A stretch of DNA of 64,000 nt from an uncultured Gammaproteobacteria bacterium (GCA_964490105.1 CAZAZU010000001.1:370361-434360), one strand, 5' to 3'; shown: positions 46,475-57,072, numbered from the stretch's first letter. Notes: generated by a model from the sequence alone, not told the origin. Translations and numbers: made by a program.

Positions 46475-48728
46475 TTTTTTTGCTTAAATATAAGTACAAG
46501 AATCCCATCGATAGTAAAATTGCACTCATTAAAATACCAATATAAAAATATACCTGGGGTAAAAAATATAAAGTAAAAATAATATCTATGCTTCCATCCT
46601 TGTTTTGTACAAAAGAAGAACTTTGTATTTTATTTTTAACTTCATCTTCATCTACTGCCCATTTATTTCCATACGGATCAATTGGCAAGTGAGATTCATC
46701 AAATATTGGCTCTTTAAATAAGTATAAAATATCAGCTATATTACCAGATACCGTGTTATCATAAGTTTTATCACCTGGAAATATCTTCCACCCCGAATTA
46801 AAGGTTTCATAAAAGAATAATGATTCTTGTTTGTCTAAGTTTTTTATCTTAACTTTATATTTAACTGAATTTATCTTTTCAAAAGATACTTCTCCAGTTG
46901 AATCAATAACTTTTGGAGAGTTTTTCAACTTATATATTATATATTTACCAGATTCACTTCGAACCAACTCTCTATCTGAAATTGATCTGATTAGCTCATC
47001 ATCTTGAAATTCCAAGTATTCATGGTCAAACAAATACGATTTTTTGACTTCATCTGGAATGTTTCTTGTTACCATGACATAACCTACATTAACCTGTTCG
47101 AGAAGATTTAAAAGCCTCTCGTAGTCCCTCTTTCTAATAGATTCAACAACTAAGTTGGAGATGTTACTTGGATACGATGCTGTACCGCTCAGATCATTAA
47201 CTCCTGTTAGGAATTTGAATGGAGATGTTCCCACATATGCATTTTCTCCATTTTCTTCAGTTATGATAGCGTAGGAAGCAATATTTTGAGGAAATCCAAT
47301 TACATTCTCAGTCTTTGGTAGCTTGCTGCCTGTCTCTTTTGCAAAATCCAAATACTCTTTTGGAAAATGAACTGTTTGATAAATATTGTTAGTTCTCCAA
47401 ACTGGCCTATTAACTACTTGTTTTATTGGAATGAAATTAACAATAACCACAAGAATAACTAAAACTAAAAAAATAAGGTAAAATCTAAAAAATCTTTTTA
47501 TTACAAATAAACATTGCGTAAGGAAAATTGCGTAGATAAAAATGTAACCTAGCGAAAATTTATCAATAAAATTTCTGAATACAGAAAAACCTGGAATGTT
47601 ACCAAGAAATAAAAAAATGTTTTTCAATACTCCTACATTAATAGTAAAGAAATAGAGTGCAGCTAAAAATGCGATAAAGAAAAAAATGAACTTATTTTTC
47701 TCATCCATCTTTAAAACCTGTTTGTATTTAGCTAATCCGATGAATAAAACTACAACAAAAACTAAGCTGAGAGGCAGAACATAATCATAATAATTAAGGA
47801 AGACATTTTTTAATTGACCGTCGAAATCGAATAAAATCTGTCTATGATAAAAAGTTAAGAGTGGATTAATAATATTTCCAGATGCAATAGAAAGAACTGT
47901 GGGGGCAAAGCTATCTACAATTTCCTTTGAAACCGGCCTTACACCAAGACCGCCATCGCCCACATTCCTTAAAGACATCACAAATGGAAATAACCAAAAT
48001 AATTGACTAGCGAAAATAGAAAAAATAAAAACTGAAGTCTTTCTTACTCTGTTCTTAAGTGGATTTTTAACAAAAATGAGGAAAATAATAAAAGCGCTAA
48101 ATAATGGCAATAATAATCCTGCTATCCATACGACCGCATAAAATGCTAACGAAAGGAATATGCACCAGAGAACAACTTTAAAAACATCTTGGATCTCACC
48201 TCTGTGAAGGAAGCATAAGTAATAGTAAAAAATGATTGGCACTAAACATACCAACCAAACAGGACTTAAGAAATAAGCAAGATGACTCGCAGCAATTATA
48301 GGCGAGAATATGTAAAACACCGCCCCAACTATAGAAATTAAATATTCCTTACCGATAATTTCTCTAACTAATTTTTGAAAATAAATAAAACCTAAAATCA
48401 AAACCGCTGAAAATGATGAATAAGATAGTATGATTTTTGAATTTAATAAATTATCAAAAAACGTAGAAACAAGCAGCAATGGAATATATTGATGATTTGG
48501 AATATATAACGGGAGTGATGAAATATTATTCCAGGAAAATAAGGACAAACTTTTTAATAAGGCTGAGGGATAATAGTAATAGAATCTAGTATCATCCCCT
48601 CCTAAAAAAAGTCTACCATCAAACAAATAATAAGGAAGATATATTAGATATCCAATAATAATTAAATTGATTATTACAATAGCTGCGAAGTAAGCTTTTT
48701 TTCTCTTAAATAAGTTAATAATCCTCAT
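46461..48728 (-). CDS. Large polytopic membrane protein, GT-C-like (755 aa)
   Basis: About 14 TM helices. The first loop carries GGDDTRFYYYYP (DD motif). A C-terminal ~300-aa extracytoplasmic domain is closed by a final TM. Confidence 0.45.
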   Translation of the reverse strand: MRIINLFKRKKAYFAAIVIINLIIIGYLIYLPYYLFDGRLFLGGDDTRFYYYYPSALLKSLSLFSWNNISSLPLYIPNHQYIPLLLVSTFFDNLLNSKIILSYSSFSAVLILGFIYFQKLVREIIGKEYLISIVGAVFYIFSPIIAASHLAYFLSPVWLVCLVPIIFYYYLCFLHRGEIQDVFKVVLWCIFLSLAFYAVVWIAGLLLPLFSAFIIFLIFVKNPLKNRVRKTSVFIFSIFASQLFWLFPFVMSLRNVGDGGLGVRPVSKEIVDSFAPTVLSIASGNIINPLLTFYHRQILFDFDGQLKNVFLNYYDYVLPLSLVFVVVLFIGLAKYKQVLKMDEKNKFIFFFIAFLAALYFFTINVGVLKNIFLFLGNIPGFSVFRNFIDKFSLGYIFIYAIFLTQCLFVIKRFFRFYLIFLVLVILVVIVNFIPIKQVVNRPVWRTNNIYQTVHFPKEYLDFAKETGSKLPKTENVIGFPQNIASYAIITEENGENAYVGTSPFKFLTGVNDLSGTASYPSNISNLVVESIRKRDYERLLNLLEQVNVGYVMVTRNIPDEVKKSYLFDHEYLEFQDDELIRSISDRELVRSESGKYIIYKLKNSPKVIDSTGEVSFEKINSVKYKVKIKNLDKQESLFFYETFNSGWKIFPGDKTYDNTVSGNIADILYLFKEPIFDESHLPIDPYGNKWAVDEDEVKNKIQSSSFVQNKDGSIDIIFTLYFLPQVYFYIGILMSAILLSMGFLYLYLSKKNEKS

Positions 48729-48764
48729 AAACCAACTAGTGCTTTAGTAAAACTTGCGTAGTAT

Positions 48765-49370
48765 TTAAATATGCTTTATCACTTTTGCCGGGTTTCCAAC
48801 CGCTATCGTATTGCTTGGAATATTCTTTGTAACAATAGAACCAGCCCCAATTACCACTCTATCTCCTATTACAACGCCTGGTAACACTACTGAATGTGTA
48901 CCAATCCATACATCATCTCCAATTGAAACTGGACTGGTTTCATATCCCTGCTTATCAATGGGTAATGATTTATTTTCAAATTTATGATTAAAATCAGTAA
49001 TAAAACAAAAAGCAGCAATCTTTGTATTTTTTCCAATTGAAATAGATTCGTGAGCCATTATAAAAGTGTTGTCATCAACTAATGAATTTTCTCCTATAAA
49101 AATCTTTCCGCTTTCCCCACAAGTAACCCTTGTCCCCTTACCCAAAGTCGTATTATTTAATATCTTAATAGCTTGCTTTGTGCTTTGGAAAAAATGATTA
49201 TTACCTCTTAAAACTACAGACTGACTGATCCTATATCCTCGAACATTGAGAATAAATATTTTGATTAGTGAACATAGTTTAGTTAAAACGTGTTTAATTA
49301 TCTGAACTATTGTTTCAATGAATCCTCTCTTTTTAACTGATTTCAAAACTAAATTAAAATTTTTAATCAT
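48765..49370 (-). CDS. Hexapeptide-repeat (LbH) acetyltransferase
   Basis: The LbH repeats are IGDDVWIGTHSVVLPGVVIGDRVVIGAGSIV. Confidence 0.75.
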   Translation of the reverse strand: MIKNFNLVLKSVKKRGFIETIVQIIKHVLTKLCSLIKIFILNVRGYRISQSVVLRGNNHFFQSTKQAIKILNNTTLGKGTRVTCGESGKIFIGENSLVDDNTFIMAHESISIGKNTKIAAFCFITDFNHKFENKSLPIDKQGYETSPVSIGDDVWIGTHSVVLPGVVIGDRVVIGAGSIVTKNIPSNTIAVGNPAKVIKHI

Positions 49371-49379
49371 TTATTATTT

Positions 49380-50627
49380 TTATATACCCCCATTCATTTG
49401 TCTAAAAGCATTTGCAAATGAATTTTCCCATGTATTATGCTCTGCAAACTCCATCGCATTTTTTCTAAGTCTCAAGTATAACTTCTTATCTGAAAATATA
49501 TTTATCACTGCATCAGCAAAACTTTTTGGATCATCATGCACTCTCAACGCTGCGCCTTTTTCCGCTACTTCAACACCCAAAGGCGGAACTTGCGAGCAAA
49601 CGATAGAAATTCCAGCAGCAGCATATACGCGGATTTTACCTGCATCTGCATAATACCTTAATGACCCAGGTATATCCCTATATGGCGCTAATCCTACGGT
49701 GCAATTTCTTATAAGATCGGACATGTCTGAGCTCTTTTCAACAAAACCGTGAACATTAACAGATTTTTCAAGACCTTTTTTTTGAACAATTTTTTTAAGC
49801 CACTCAAAATCCTGTGCGGTACCTCCTATTATGTTTAATTTTGCATCCGGAAATTTTTTCATGACCAATTCCAGCGATAAAATAGCTATATCGGGACCAT
49901 TCTCTTGACCTAAGGTTCCCATATAAACCATAGAGTGATTTTCAATCTTCGAGATGGGGTTTGCTTTAATTTGATCAGGATACAAACCATTTGGCACGTG
50001 TATCACCGGTGCAGACTTTTTAGAATTAAGACCCACGCTTATTCTTGCTGGCTGCATTGCCTTAGATACATCCCATATGTAATCTGCATGCATTGCGCAA
50101 AATCGATCTAAAAATAAATAAATATTATTAAAAATCTTACCAGGATATCTATTCGGGGAATAATCAGAAACATAATAAACAACTTTCTTAACTCGTCCAA
50201 TTTTTCGCAAAAATATTGCCGCAATCGTATTGATACTCTCCAGACAAATGCAATAATCAAAAGTTGTTTTGTCCCTGAATGACCAATCAATCACTGATAA
50301 AAAATCACGTACTTTAAATATAGGCTGAGTAGTACTTGTATTAAATTTGTTAAGAAGTGGTTTTAATAAATATAAATAAAAAGAACAATTATAAGATTTA
50401 AAATCTTTATTATTCTTTGAATATACTTCAATCTTTGGCATTACATCGTCACTGCCCGGATGAGTTTGGTCAATTAGTACAAATCTTTTGGCATAAGGAA
50501 CCATAAAATCTCTCATGGGCTCTATGCTTCCATTTGTTGGCATACGCTTACCCTCTAACCATTTGGAGAAGCTAACAAAGAGTACGGTTTTACCCTCTAA
50601 TAAGCTACCGATATCTTTTTTAGCCAT
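49380..50627 (-). CDS. GT4-like glycosyltransferase
   Basis: The C-terminal Glycos_transf_1 pattern is NIIGGTAQDFEWLKKIV...VGLAPYRD. Confidence 0.6.
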   Translation of the reverse strand: MAKKDIGSLLEGKTVLFVSFSKWLEGKRMPTNGSIEPMRDFMVPYAKRFVLIDQTHPGSDDVMPKIEVYSKNNKDFKSYNCSFYLYLLKPLLNKFNTSTTQPIFKVRDFLSVIDWSFRDKTTFDYCICLESINTIAAIFLRKIGRVKKVVYYVSDYSPNRYPGKIFNNIYLFLDRFCAMHADYIWDVSKAMQPARISVGLNSKKSAPVIHVPNGLYPDQIKANPISKIENHSMVYMGTLGQENGPDIAILSLELVMKKFPDAKLNIIGGTAQDFEWLKKIVQKKGLEKSVNVHGFVEKSSDMSDLIRNCTVGLAPYRDIPGSLRYYADAGKIRVYAAAGISIVCSQVPPLGVEVAEKGAALRVHDDPKSFADAVINIFSDKKLYLRLRKNAMEFAEHNTWENSFANAFRQMNGGI

Positions 50628-51432
50628 TTGTGAGTATTTTTTTTGCTTCGTTAACCATTTGCTCTAAACCTTCTTCTAGTGATACTTTCGGAAGCCATCC
50701 CGGAACTCTTCCCATATTATCCGACGGAAGCGGATCTCTTCCTTTTAGCTTTCCAGGATAGCACTTAGCACCAGTTATTTTAGAAATCATTTCCGCAATA
50801 TCAATTATCCTTACCCATTCATAGCTGCTTGCATCAAATACAGTTTTTCTTAAATTATTTGAATTTAAAGCCATATAAAATGCACTACTCAAATCCTTTA
50901 TATGCGTAAATTGTCTCCATTCTTCGCCATTTGTCATCATCTCAATCTTTTTTGTCTTAAGTGCCTGATAGATAAAATCTGATATCACATGACTTTTTAC
51001 GCTCTCTTCCTCCATTACTCCATATGCATTCCATACCCTTACGCATCTTCCACCAAGCTGATCAGTCCAAACTTCACCAAGTCTTTTGGTTACTCCATAC
51101 ACTGTATCTACCTCTTCCGACAACTGACTTGAAATAAAAAGAAAATCTTTCATACCATCAAGCTGATCAAATACATTTCTCATGAGATCCAAGTTCCATT
51201 TTAGCTGTGTCATCTGGCGATTTGGGTCATATAAATATTTAGATCCTCCCACGTCCCAAGCTAAAAAATATACCTTATCTACATCCTTGAAGTTGAACTC
51301 ATAGGTTCTCCCATCCTCATTTTTATTTCTTTTAATATCGAAACGAACTACTTCCTCTCCTTTTTCTTCGAGAAATTTGGAGAACGGTTTTCCAATAAAA
51401 CCTTCGGAGCCAATAACTAAATTTTTTGTCAT
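50620..51432 (-). CDS. Short extended-SDR (NAD(P)-dependent sugar epimerase/reductase-like)
   Basis: Glycine-rich IGSEGFIGKPF and YGVTK (YxxxK). At 270 aa it is short. Confidence 0.55.
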   Translation of the reverse strand: MTKNLVIGSEGFIGKPFSKFLEEKGEEVVRFDIKRNKNEDGRTYEFNFKDVDKVYFLAWDVGGSKYLYDPNRQMTQLKWNLDLMRNVFDQLDGMKDFLFISSQLSEEVDTVYGVTKRLGEVWTDQLGGRCVRVWNAYGVMEEESVKSHVISDFIYQALKTKKIEMMTNGEEWRQFTHIKDLSSAFYMALNSNNLRKTVFDASSYEWVRIIDIAEMISKITGAKCYPGKLKGRDPLPSDNMGRVPGWLPKVSLEEGLEQMVNEAKKILTNG

Positions 51433-51448
51433 ATCTTCAATTACCCTA

Positions 51449-52438
51449 CTACTTTAATTTAACAACCTGCGCATGAATCCATGAATATGTTTTTGCTAAT
51501 CCATCAGCCAGCGGAGCATCTGGAGCCCATTTTAATTTTTCCTTAATCAATTTATTATCCGATTTTCTACCTCTCACCCCTGTAGGACCTGGGATATGCT
51601 TTATCTTTACTTTCTTATCTGCAATTTTCATTACCATCTCAGCAAGTTCGTTTAGTGTTACCATCTCTTCAGATCCGATATTAACTGGTCCCGTAAAATC
51701 GCTGTCCATAAGCCGCCTTATACCATTTAAGCACTCATCTATATAGAGAAATGATCTTGTTTGCTTTCCGTCGCCCCACATCTCAATTGTTCCGCCATCT
51801 TTTGCTTCAGCAACTTTCCTGCACATTGCAGCTGGAGCTTTTTCTTTTCCACCTTTCCATGTACCCTCAGGACCAAATATATTATGAAACCTAGCGATTC
51901 TGACCTCTAGTCCAAAGTTTCGATGGTACGATAAGAATAGTCTCTCTGAAAATAACTTTTCCCAACCATATTCGCTATCCGGTGCTGCAGGATATGCAGA
52001 CTCCTCAGAAAGTTTGGGATTATTAGGATCGAGCTGATTATGCTCTGGATATATGCATGCTGAAGAAGAAAAGAATATCTTCTTTGATTTTGTTTCAATA
52101 ACTTTTGGAAGTATGTTTAAATTTATTAGCGCCGAATTGGTCATTATATTAGCATCATTATTTCCCGTAAAAATATAGCCTGCTCCACCCATATCAGCAG
52201 CTAATTGATAGATTTCATCAAATCTTCGATCAAAAACCTTATCGACGAATTTCTGATCAGTTAAATTTCCGATGAGAAACTTATCAGCAGCTGTTTCACT
52301 AAATTCTGGCTTTTTGAGATCTACCCCTACTACAAAAAAGCCTTCCTGCTTCAGTTTTCTAACCAAATGACTACCAATAAATCCTCCTGCTCCACAAACA
52401 AGTGCTGTTTTAGTTGATTTTTTTTCTATTCTGCTCAT
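51449..52438 (-). CDS. Extended SDR closely resembling GDP-mannose 3,5-epimerase (GME-like)
   Basis: ALVCGAGGFIGSHL, LAADMGGAGYI, SSSACIYPE, EYGWEKL, RIARFHNIFGPEGTWKGGKEKAPAAMCRK, MWGDGKQTRSF, NIGSEEMVTLNELAEMV and IPGPTGVRGRKSDN are near-identical to motifs I remember from plant GME. Confidence 0.6.
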   Translation of the reverse strand: MSRIEKKSTKTALVCGAGGFIGSHLVRKLKQEGFFVVGVDLKKPEFSETAADKFLIGNLTDQKFVDKVFDRRFDEIYQLAADMGGAGYIFTGNNDANIMTNSALINLNILPKVIETKSKKIFFSSSACIYPEHNQLDPNNPKLSEESAYPAAPDSEYGWEKLFSERLFLSYHRNFGLEVRIARFHNIFGPEGTWKGGKEKAPAAMCRKVAEAKDGGTIEMWGDGKQTRSFLYIDECLNGIRRLMDSDFTGPVNIGSEEMVTLNELAEMVMKIADKKVKIKHIPGPTGVRGRKSDNKLIKEKLKWAPDAPLADGLAKTYSWIHAQVVKLK

Positions 52439-52521
52439 TTTGAATTACTTGGTATAATTTAACACATTTATTTGAAACTTTAAAGTCTTTTCGTATTTAA
52501 TTCCATGTTATTTGCAAAAAA

Positions 52522-53388
52522 CTAACTTATATTAATATTCTTAAATAAGAAATCCCCTAATGGCATTTTCCCCTCACTAACATCTGCATAGTTTCTAAAT
52601 CCCACAAGCTGAAAATTATATTCTTTACTATACAGCATTGAATTTATTTCACTAAAAGTATAGTTTTTATTTCCTTCAATCGTAATTTCTATTAATAAAT
52701 ATCTTGTCTTCATTAAAGTTTTCTTTGCACCTTTCAAAACCTGCTTTTCAAACGATTCAACATCAATTTTTAAAATATCAACGGTTCGAAACCTGTTCGG
52801 AATTAGTGAATCCAATGTCGTAGTGCCCACTTTTTCAACAATAAATTTCTCACTATTTCCCTTTCTTTCCAGACCGTTCAGTGAACTTATCGCCGAGGAC
52901 TGCGTGTTAATCGTAAGATCGGAAAATCCATTTCGATCTGAAATAGCTTTTTTAAATAATATAATATTTTTATCCTTATTAAAATTCTTAGAAAGTGCTT
53001 TATAAGTCTGCTCTGCTGGCTCTACCGCAATAATTCTACTCCTAGGAAATGACTCTCTTATTAATAGTGAGAAAAAACCTACATTAGCTCCAATATCAAC
53101 AGTAAGCTTTACATCACGTATCTTTGCTAACTTAATTAAATTATTGTGCCTTGTTAAAATACCTTGGTATCCACTAAGCCCGAGAGGGGAATCATAATAA
53201 ATCTGCCGATTAAAAAGTGATACAAAACTAATACCTAACTCAAATTTTTTTAGCCTAAATAAATATAAAAGTATTTCTAAATATTTTTTTATTAAGAAAA
53301 TAATTTTTTTCTCATTTGACCAAGTACATACTCTTAGAAAATGTAAATCTAAGATGAGTGACTTTTTTACAAACCAAAAAAAGTTCAT
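52522..53388 (-). CDS. FkbM-family SAM-dependent methyltransferase
   Basis: VDIGANVGFFSLLI is the FkbM/Methyltransf_21 signature. Confidence 0.75.
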   Translation of the reverse strand: MNFFWFVKKSLILDLHFLRVCTWSNEKKIIFLIKKYLEILLYLFRLKKFELGISFVSLFNRQIYYDSPLGLSGYQGILTRHNNLIKLAKIRDVKLTVDIGANVGFFSLLIRESFPRSRIIAVEPAEQTYKALSKNFNKDKNIILFKKAISDRNGFSDLTINTQSSAISSLNGLERKGNSEKFIVEKVGTTTLDSLIPNRFRTVDILKIDVESFEKQVLKGAKKTLMKTRYLLIEITIEGNKNYTFSEINSMLYSKEYNFQLVGFRNYADVSEGKMPLGDFLFKNINIS

Positions 53389-53392
53389 ATTT

Positions 53393-54559
53393 TTAATCTT
53401 TCTTAAAATATTCTATGGAAATTTTCTCAAAAATTTTTTTTAAGATTTGCTCATTGTCTCTCTTAGTCGCTAGAGCTAATGCGTTAGCTCTTAGCTCCGA
53501 ATATAACCTTTTATTTCCGCTAATTTTTTTAATAGCAGCGATCAATTCTTTCTCATTAGCTTTTATGTGAATTCCCGCATTATTTTCTACGATATCCTCT
53601 GCTGTTCCATTATCCCCGGAAATTATTACAGGTAATCCTAAAGCCAAATAATCCCTTGCTTTCATTGAATCCATATAATATTCACCTGAATAACTATTAA
53701 TATAAAAGGCAATACCAACTCCATGACTCGCTATAGCCTTGAAAAGCTCATCATGAGACATTGAGCTTAGAAAGAAAATATTTTTCTGTAATTTCTTTTT
53801 CTTAACTAGAGCTTTTAATTTTTTTTCCATTAACGGTAAGCAGACGAAAGTTAATTTTATTTGGGGAATTTCTTTCGATAAAACCTCAATGGAATTTAAA
53901 AGCATGGTGAACTCGCTAATTGTTCTTCTTGCGGAAACAACTATTAACTTATGGGGATCACCGGAATTTGATACTAGTTTTTTTGTACGTGAAATTGCTG
54001 GAGAATTAGGGACCCAAATTAATTTCTCGCTTGGAATCCCATCGCTTCTTCTTATATCCAAAATTCGCCTTGACACTGCTAGGATTAGGTCTGAATTTCT
54101 GTTAGTTAATCTATCTAGAAAATGATAAAAGTTATTTAACAAAAGATTACCATATCTTGTCTTAGTGTAATCAGGATTAAAGGTAATAAACATCTTTGCT
54201 TTATATATTTTCTTAAGTACCAAACCCCAGAATGCGTTTAAGGGATCTTCACCAATATAAACAATCTTTGACTTCCTATAATACTTTAGAATCAATCTAA
54301 ATGTTATCCAACCTTCAAAAATTCGCGCACCAATTTCTCCAAAATATATTTTGTGCTCAATTATTTTATCTGTCTTATTTACTCCGTCAGAATAAGTCAT
54401 GAAAGTTATTCCTTCGGCGTATATAGAATGCCTTATGAATAAATAGGGCTGCTTTTCCTTTTCGAGGTAATATATAAGAGCATGGCCGGGGCCCGGATTA
54501 TCAGTTTTATTTTTACCTATTGCTGTATGACATACTACGCAATAATTAATTTTCTTCAT
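53393..54559 (-). CDS. GT4-like glycosyltransferase
   Basis: The C-terminal domain with LALGLPVIISGDNGTAEDIV fits a GT-B layout. Confidence 0.6.
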   Translation of the reverse strand: MKKINYCVVCHTAIGKNKTDNPGPGHALIYYLEKEKQPYLFIRHSIYAEGITFMTYSDGVNKTDKIIEHKIYFGEIGARIFEGWITFRLILKYYRKSKIVYIGEDPLNAFWGLVLKKIYKAKMFITFNPDYTKTRYGNLLLNNFYHFLDRLTNRNSDLILAVSRRILDIRRSDGIPSEKLIWVPNSPAISRTKKLVSNSGDPHKLIVVSARRTISEFTMLLNSIEVLSKEIPQIKLTFVCLPLMEKKLKALVKKKKLQKNIFFLSSMSHDELFKAIASHGVGIAFYINSYSGEYYMDSMKARDYLALGLPVIISGDNGTAEDIVENNAGIHIKANEKELIAAIKKISGNKRLYSELRANALALATKRDNEQILKKIFEKISIEYFKKD

Positions 54560-55457
54560 TCTTCATTAACCTTAAGCCTTCTCTCACAGAAACTGGATCC
54601 ACATCTAGAAGTTTTTTTATTTTATCTATGTTAAAACATGTATTTTTTGGTCTCGGTGCAATATTAGGAAAATAATCACTTGAAACTGGTGTCAGAAGTT
54701 TACTATTAAAATCAAAAACAGATGATAATTTTTTTGCAAACTCAAAACGGGTTATACATTCTGGCCCTGCTACATTATAAATACCTCTATCTTCAAGATT
54801 ATTATTCTTATTTAACAAAATCTTCCATATGATTTTTGCTGCATCTTGTGCATAAAGAAAATTACTATAAATGTCATCAACTACTTTAATATCTTTTCCT
54901 TTTTCAAGTTCACTAATCATCCATGTAGCAAGATTCGATCTTTCATGCTTACTATTCCAACCATACATAGTAATTAAACGAATAATTGAGTATTTATTCA
55001 ATCTCGTTTTCATTTCCTCTTCAGCCTGCAATTTCGTCTTGCCATAATAGTCAATTGGGGATGGTCTGCTTTTTTCAGAATACGGATGTCTTATTCCATT
55101 GAAAACGGCATTTGATGAAATATAAATAACCGACGAATTAATCTTCTTGGATTCTTCTATTATATTTATTGTTCCGTTAACATTAGTTTTCCAGGCTTCT
55201 TTCTTGTGAAGTTCACAATAATCTACATTCCCGATTGAAGCAGCATGAACAATTACATCTGGCTCATACTGACGAAGAAGTATCCCAACATCTTTCCTTT
55301 TAGTAATATCTAACTCAAGATATTTTATGTTTTTAGCTTTTAATTTATCTCTATTGTTGTTTAAAAATGTAGCAAAAACAAAATAATCATTAGGAATTTC
55401 ATTTAAGAAATATTTTCCCAGCAAACCTTTTCCGCCTGTAAAGAGAACTTTTTTCAT
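54546..55457 (-). CDS. RmlD-type NAD(P)H-dependent 4-ketoreductase (dTDP-4-dehydrorhamnose reductase family)
   Basis: LFTGGKGLLGKY, PDVIVHAASIGNVDYCE...AWKTNVNGTINI and YISSNAVFNG follow the RmlD substrate-binding-domain pattern. Confidence 0.65.
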   Translation of the reverse strand: MKKVLFTGGKGLLGKYFLNEIPNDYFVFATFLNNNRDKLKAKNIKYLELDITKRKDVGILLRQYEPDVIVHAASIGNVDYCELHKKEAWKTNVNGTINIIEESKKINSSVIYISSNAVFNGIRHPYSEKSRPSPIDYYGKTKLQAEEEMKTRLNKYSIIRLITMYGWNSKHERSNLATWMISELEKGKDIKVVDDIYSNFLYAQDAAKIIWKILLNKNNNLEDRGIYNVAGPECITRFEFAKKLSSVFDFNSKLLTPVSSDYFPNIAPRPKNTCFNIDKIKKLLDVDPVSVREGLRLMKNEEN

Positions 55458-55469
55458 TATCTAAAGTGC

Positions 55470-56285
55470 CTATCTTTTTTTAAAAACAATTTCCCAATCA
55501 TAATATCCAAGTATTGGTATGCTAATCCTCCTTATTTGTTTAAGTAAATTATTGTTATTAAAAAAGTTACTATTATTAATAGATAACCTTCTTAATACAA
55601 AGTCCATAACAGGAAACCAAATCTGCTGTTTTTTAGTTTCAATAATTATGAATCTTTTATTGTCAATTAAGCTTAGGAGTTCATCATCTTTTTCATATTC
55701 TCGTAAATGTGTTGAATCTAATACCCACTTCCCCTTCCTCCTGTAAAAATACCATCCATACCATTTTTTGAATACAGTGGTCACATATGCAGTTCCATTT
55801 TTCTTAAGCACCCTATGAATAGTATTTATCATTTTTATATCGTCAACATGCTCAATAACCTGAGTAGAAATAAAGAAGTCAATAGATTTATCCTTAACTG
55901 TCTCAAGATCCTCTGCGCTATCTACACGAGCACTTATTGATTTGTCCAATTTATTAATATTTGCAATTCTTCTTTTGGATAAATCTATAGCAATGATTTT
56001 TTTATTCTTTAAATAATTACCTTTTATCAAAGCGTCAAGAAGTATTCCGTCACCACATCCACAATCAATAATCGAAGAGAATTTAGTTTTTTTTAAATAC
56101 TTGGCTAAAAGCGTCGGAACCTTCATGCCATAGAATTGCACAAACTTTTCTGAATGCCTTTCTAAGTTATTATTTGTGCTATTTAGTTTTTTATTTTTAT
56201 TGTTAATTATTTTATTTTTTGTCATATTTAGCTTGAAAAAAATTATAGACCATTCCGCAAAATCCCGCAAAATACTCAACTGCAC
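55470..56285 (-). CDS. Class I SAM-dependent methyltransferase (annotated start probably too far upstream)
   Basis: Motif I is IIDCGCGDGILLDAL. The first ~52 codons are low-complexity and overlap the GT2 gene by 74 nt, so the internal Met (MKVPTLL, near 56131) is the more likely start. Confidence 0.68.
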   Translation of the reverse strand: MQLSILRDFAEWSIIFFKLNMTKNKIINNKNKKLNSTNNNLERHSEKFVQFYGMKVPTLLAKYLKKTKFSSIIDCGCGDGILLDALIKGNYLKNKKIIAIDLSKRRIANINKLDKSISARVDSAEDLETVKDKSIDFFISTQVIEHVDDIKMINTIHRVLKKNGTAYVTTVFKKWYGWYFYRRKGKWVLDSTHLREYEKDDELLSLIDNKRFIIIETKKQQIWFPVMDFVLRRLSINNSNFFNNNNLLKQIRRISIPILGYYDWEIVFKKR

Positions 56286-57072
56286 GCATCACAACAAAAA
56301 ATATAAAAACTAAAGGATCTTTGGCAAACAATCTCCAATTTCTTAGATAAGATCCTTTAATTGGATTGTAACTTGATAACCATGACTTTGGTCTTTTATT
56401 TAGGTAATTTACCATTTCTCTTCCATACATGAAGCGCTTCTTAAATAGCTTAATGATCGACAAATTGCCTTCGTTATGCATAACTACGCTTTTCGCTCTG
56501 CCAATTCTAAAATTTTTTTCTTTTAATTTTTGAGATAAATCGATATCATCCCCGCCTGCACCCAACGATAAATCAAAACCACCTATGCTATGCCAAACGC
56601 TTTTTTTAAAAAAACGTGGACTCTCTACATTATCATCTCCCCAATAACAGCGCCTTTCTAATTGCTTTGCCTTTGCCCAAATACCAATTCCAAAAGAATC
56701 CTCTCTCAATATCACAGCATCCACACCTTTCTCACACAATTCAACTGCCTCATTGATTAGATTTTTAGACAATTCCATATCGGCATCTAGCCAATAAACA
56801 TATTCTCCCCTTGCCTTCTTCATCCCGTAATTTCTTTTGTGAGGTGCATCGAAAATTCCGCTACTAACCTTGGGAACATATGTATAAAATTCACATTTAT
56901 ACTTATCGGACAATTCTTTTACATTATCTGTAGATTTTCCATCAACTATTATTATTTCTATATTAGGATACGTTTGAAGCCTGATATGCTTTAAGCAACT
57001 ATCAAGAAAGGCAGCTGAATTTCTGGTCGGGATTACAATGGATACTAATTTATAATTATTGTTCTTTTTCAT
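56212..57072 (-). CDS. Glycosyltransferase family 2
   Basis: VSIVIPTRNSAAFLDSCLKHI...VDGKSTD and WLDADMEL (DxD) identify GT2. Confidence 0.8.
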   Translation of the reverse strand: MKKNNNYKLVSIVIPTRNSAAFLDSCLKHIRLQTYPNIEIIIVDGKSTDNVKELSDKYKCEFYTYVPKVSSGIFDAPHKRNYGMKKARGEYVYWLDADMELSKNLINEAVELCEKGVDAVILREDSFGIGIWAKAKQLERRCYWGDDNVESPRFFKKSVWHSIGGFDLSLGAGGDDIDLSQKLKEKNFRIGRAKSVVMHNEGNLSIIKLFKKRFMYGREMVNYLNKRPKSWLSSYNPIKGSYLRNWRLFAKDPLVFIFFVVMRAVEYFAGFCGMVYNFFQAKYDKK

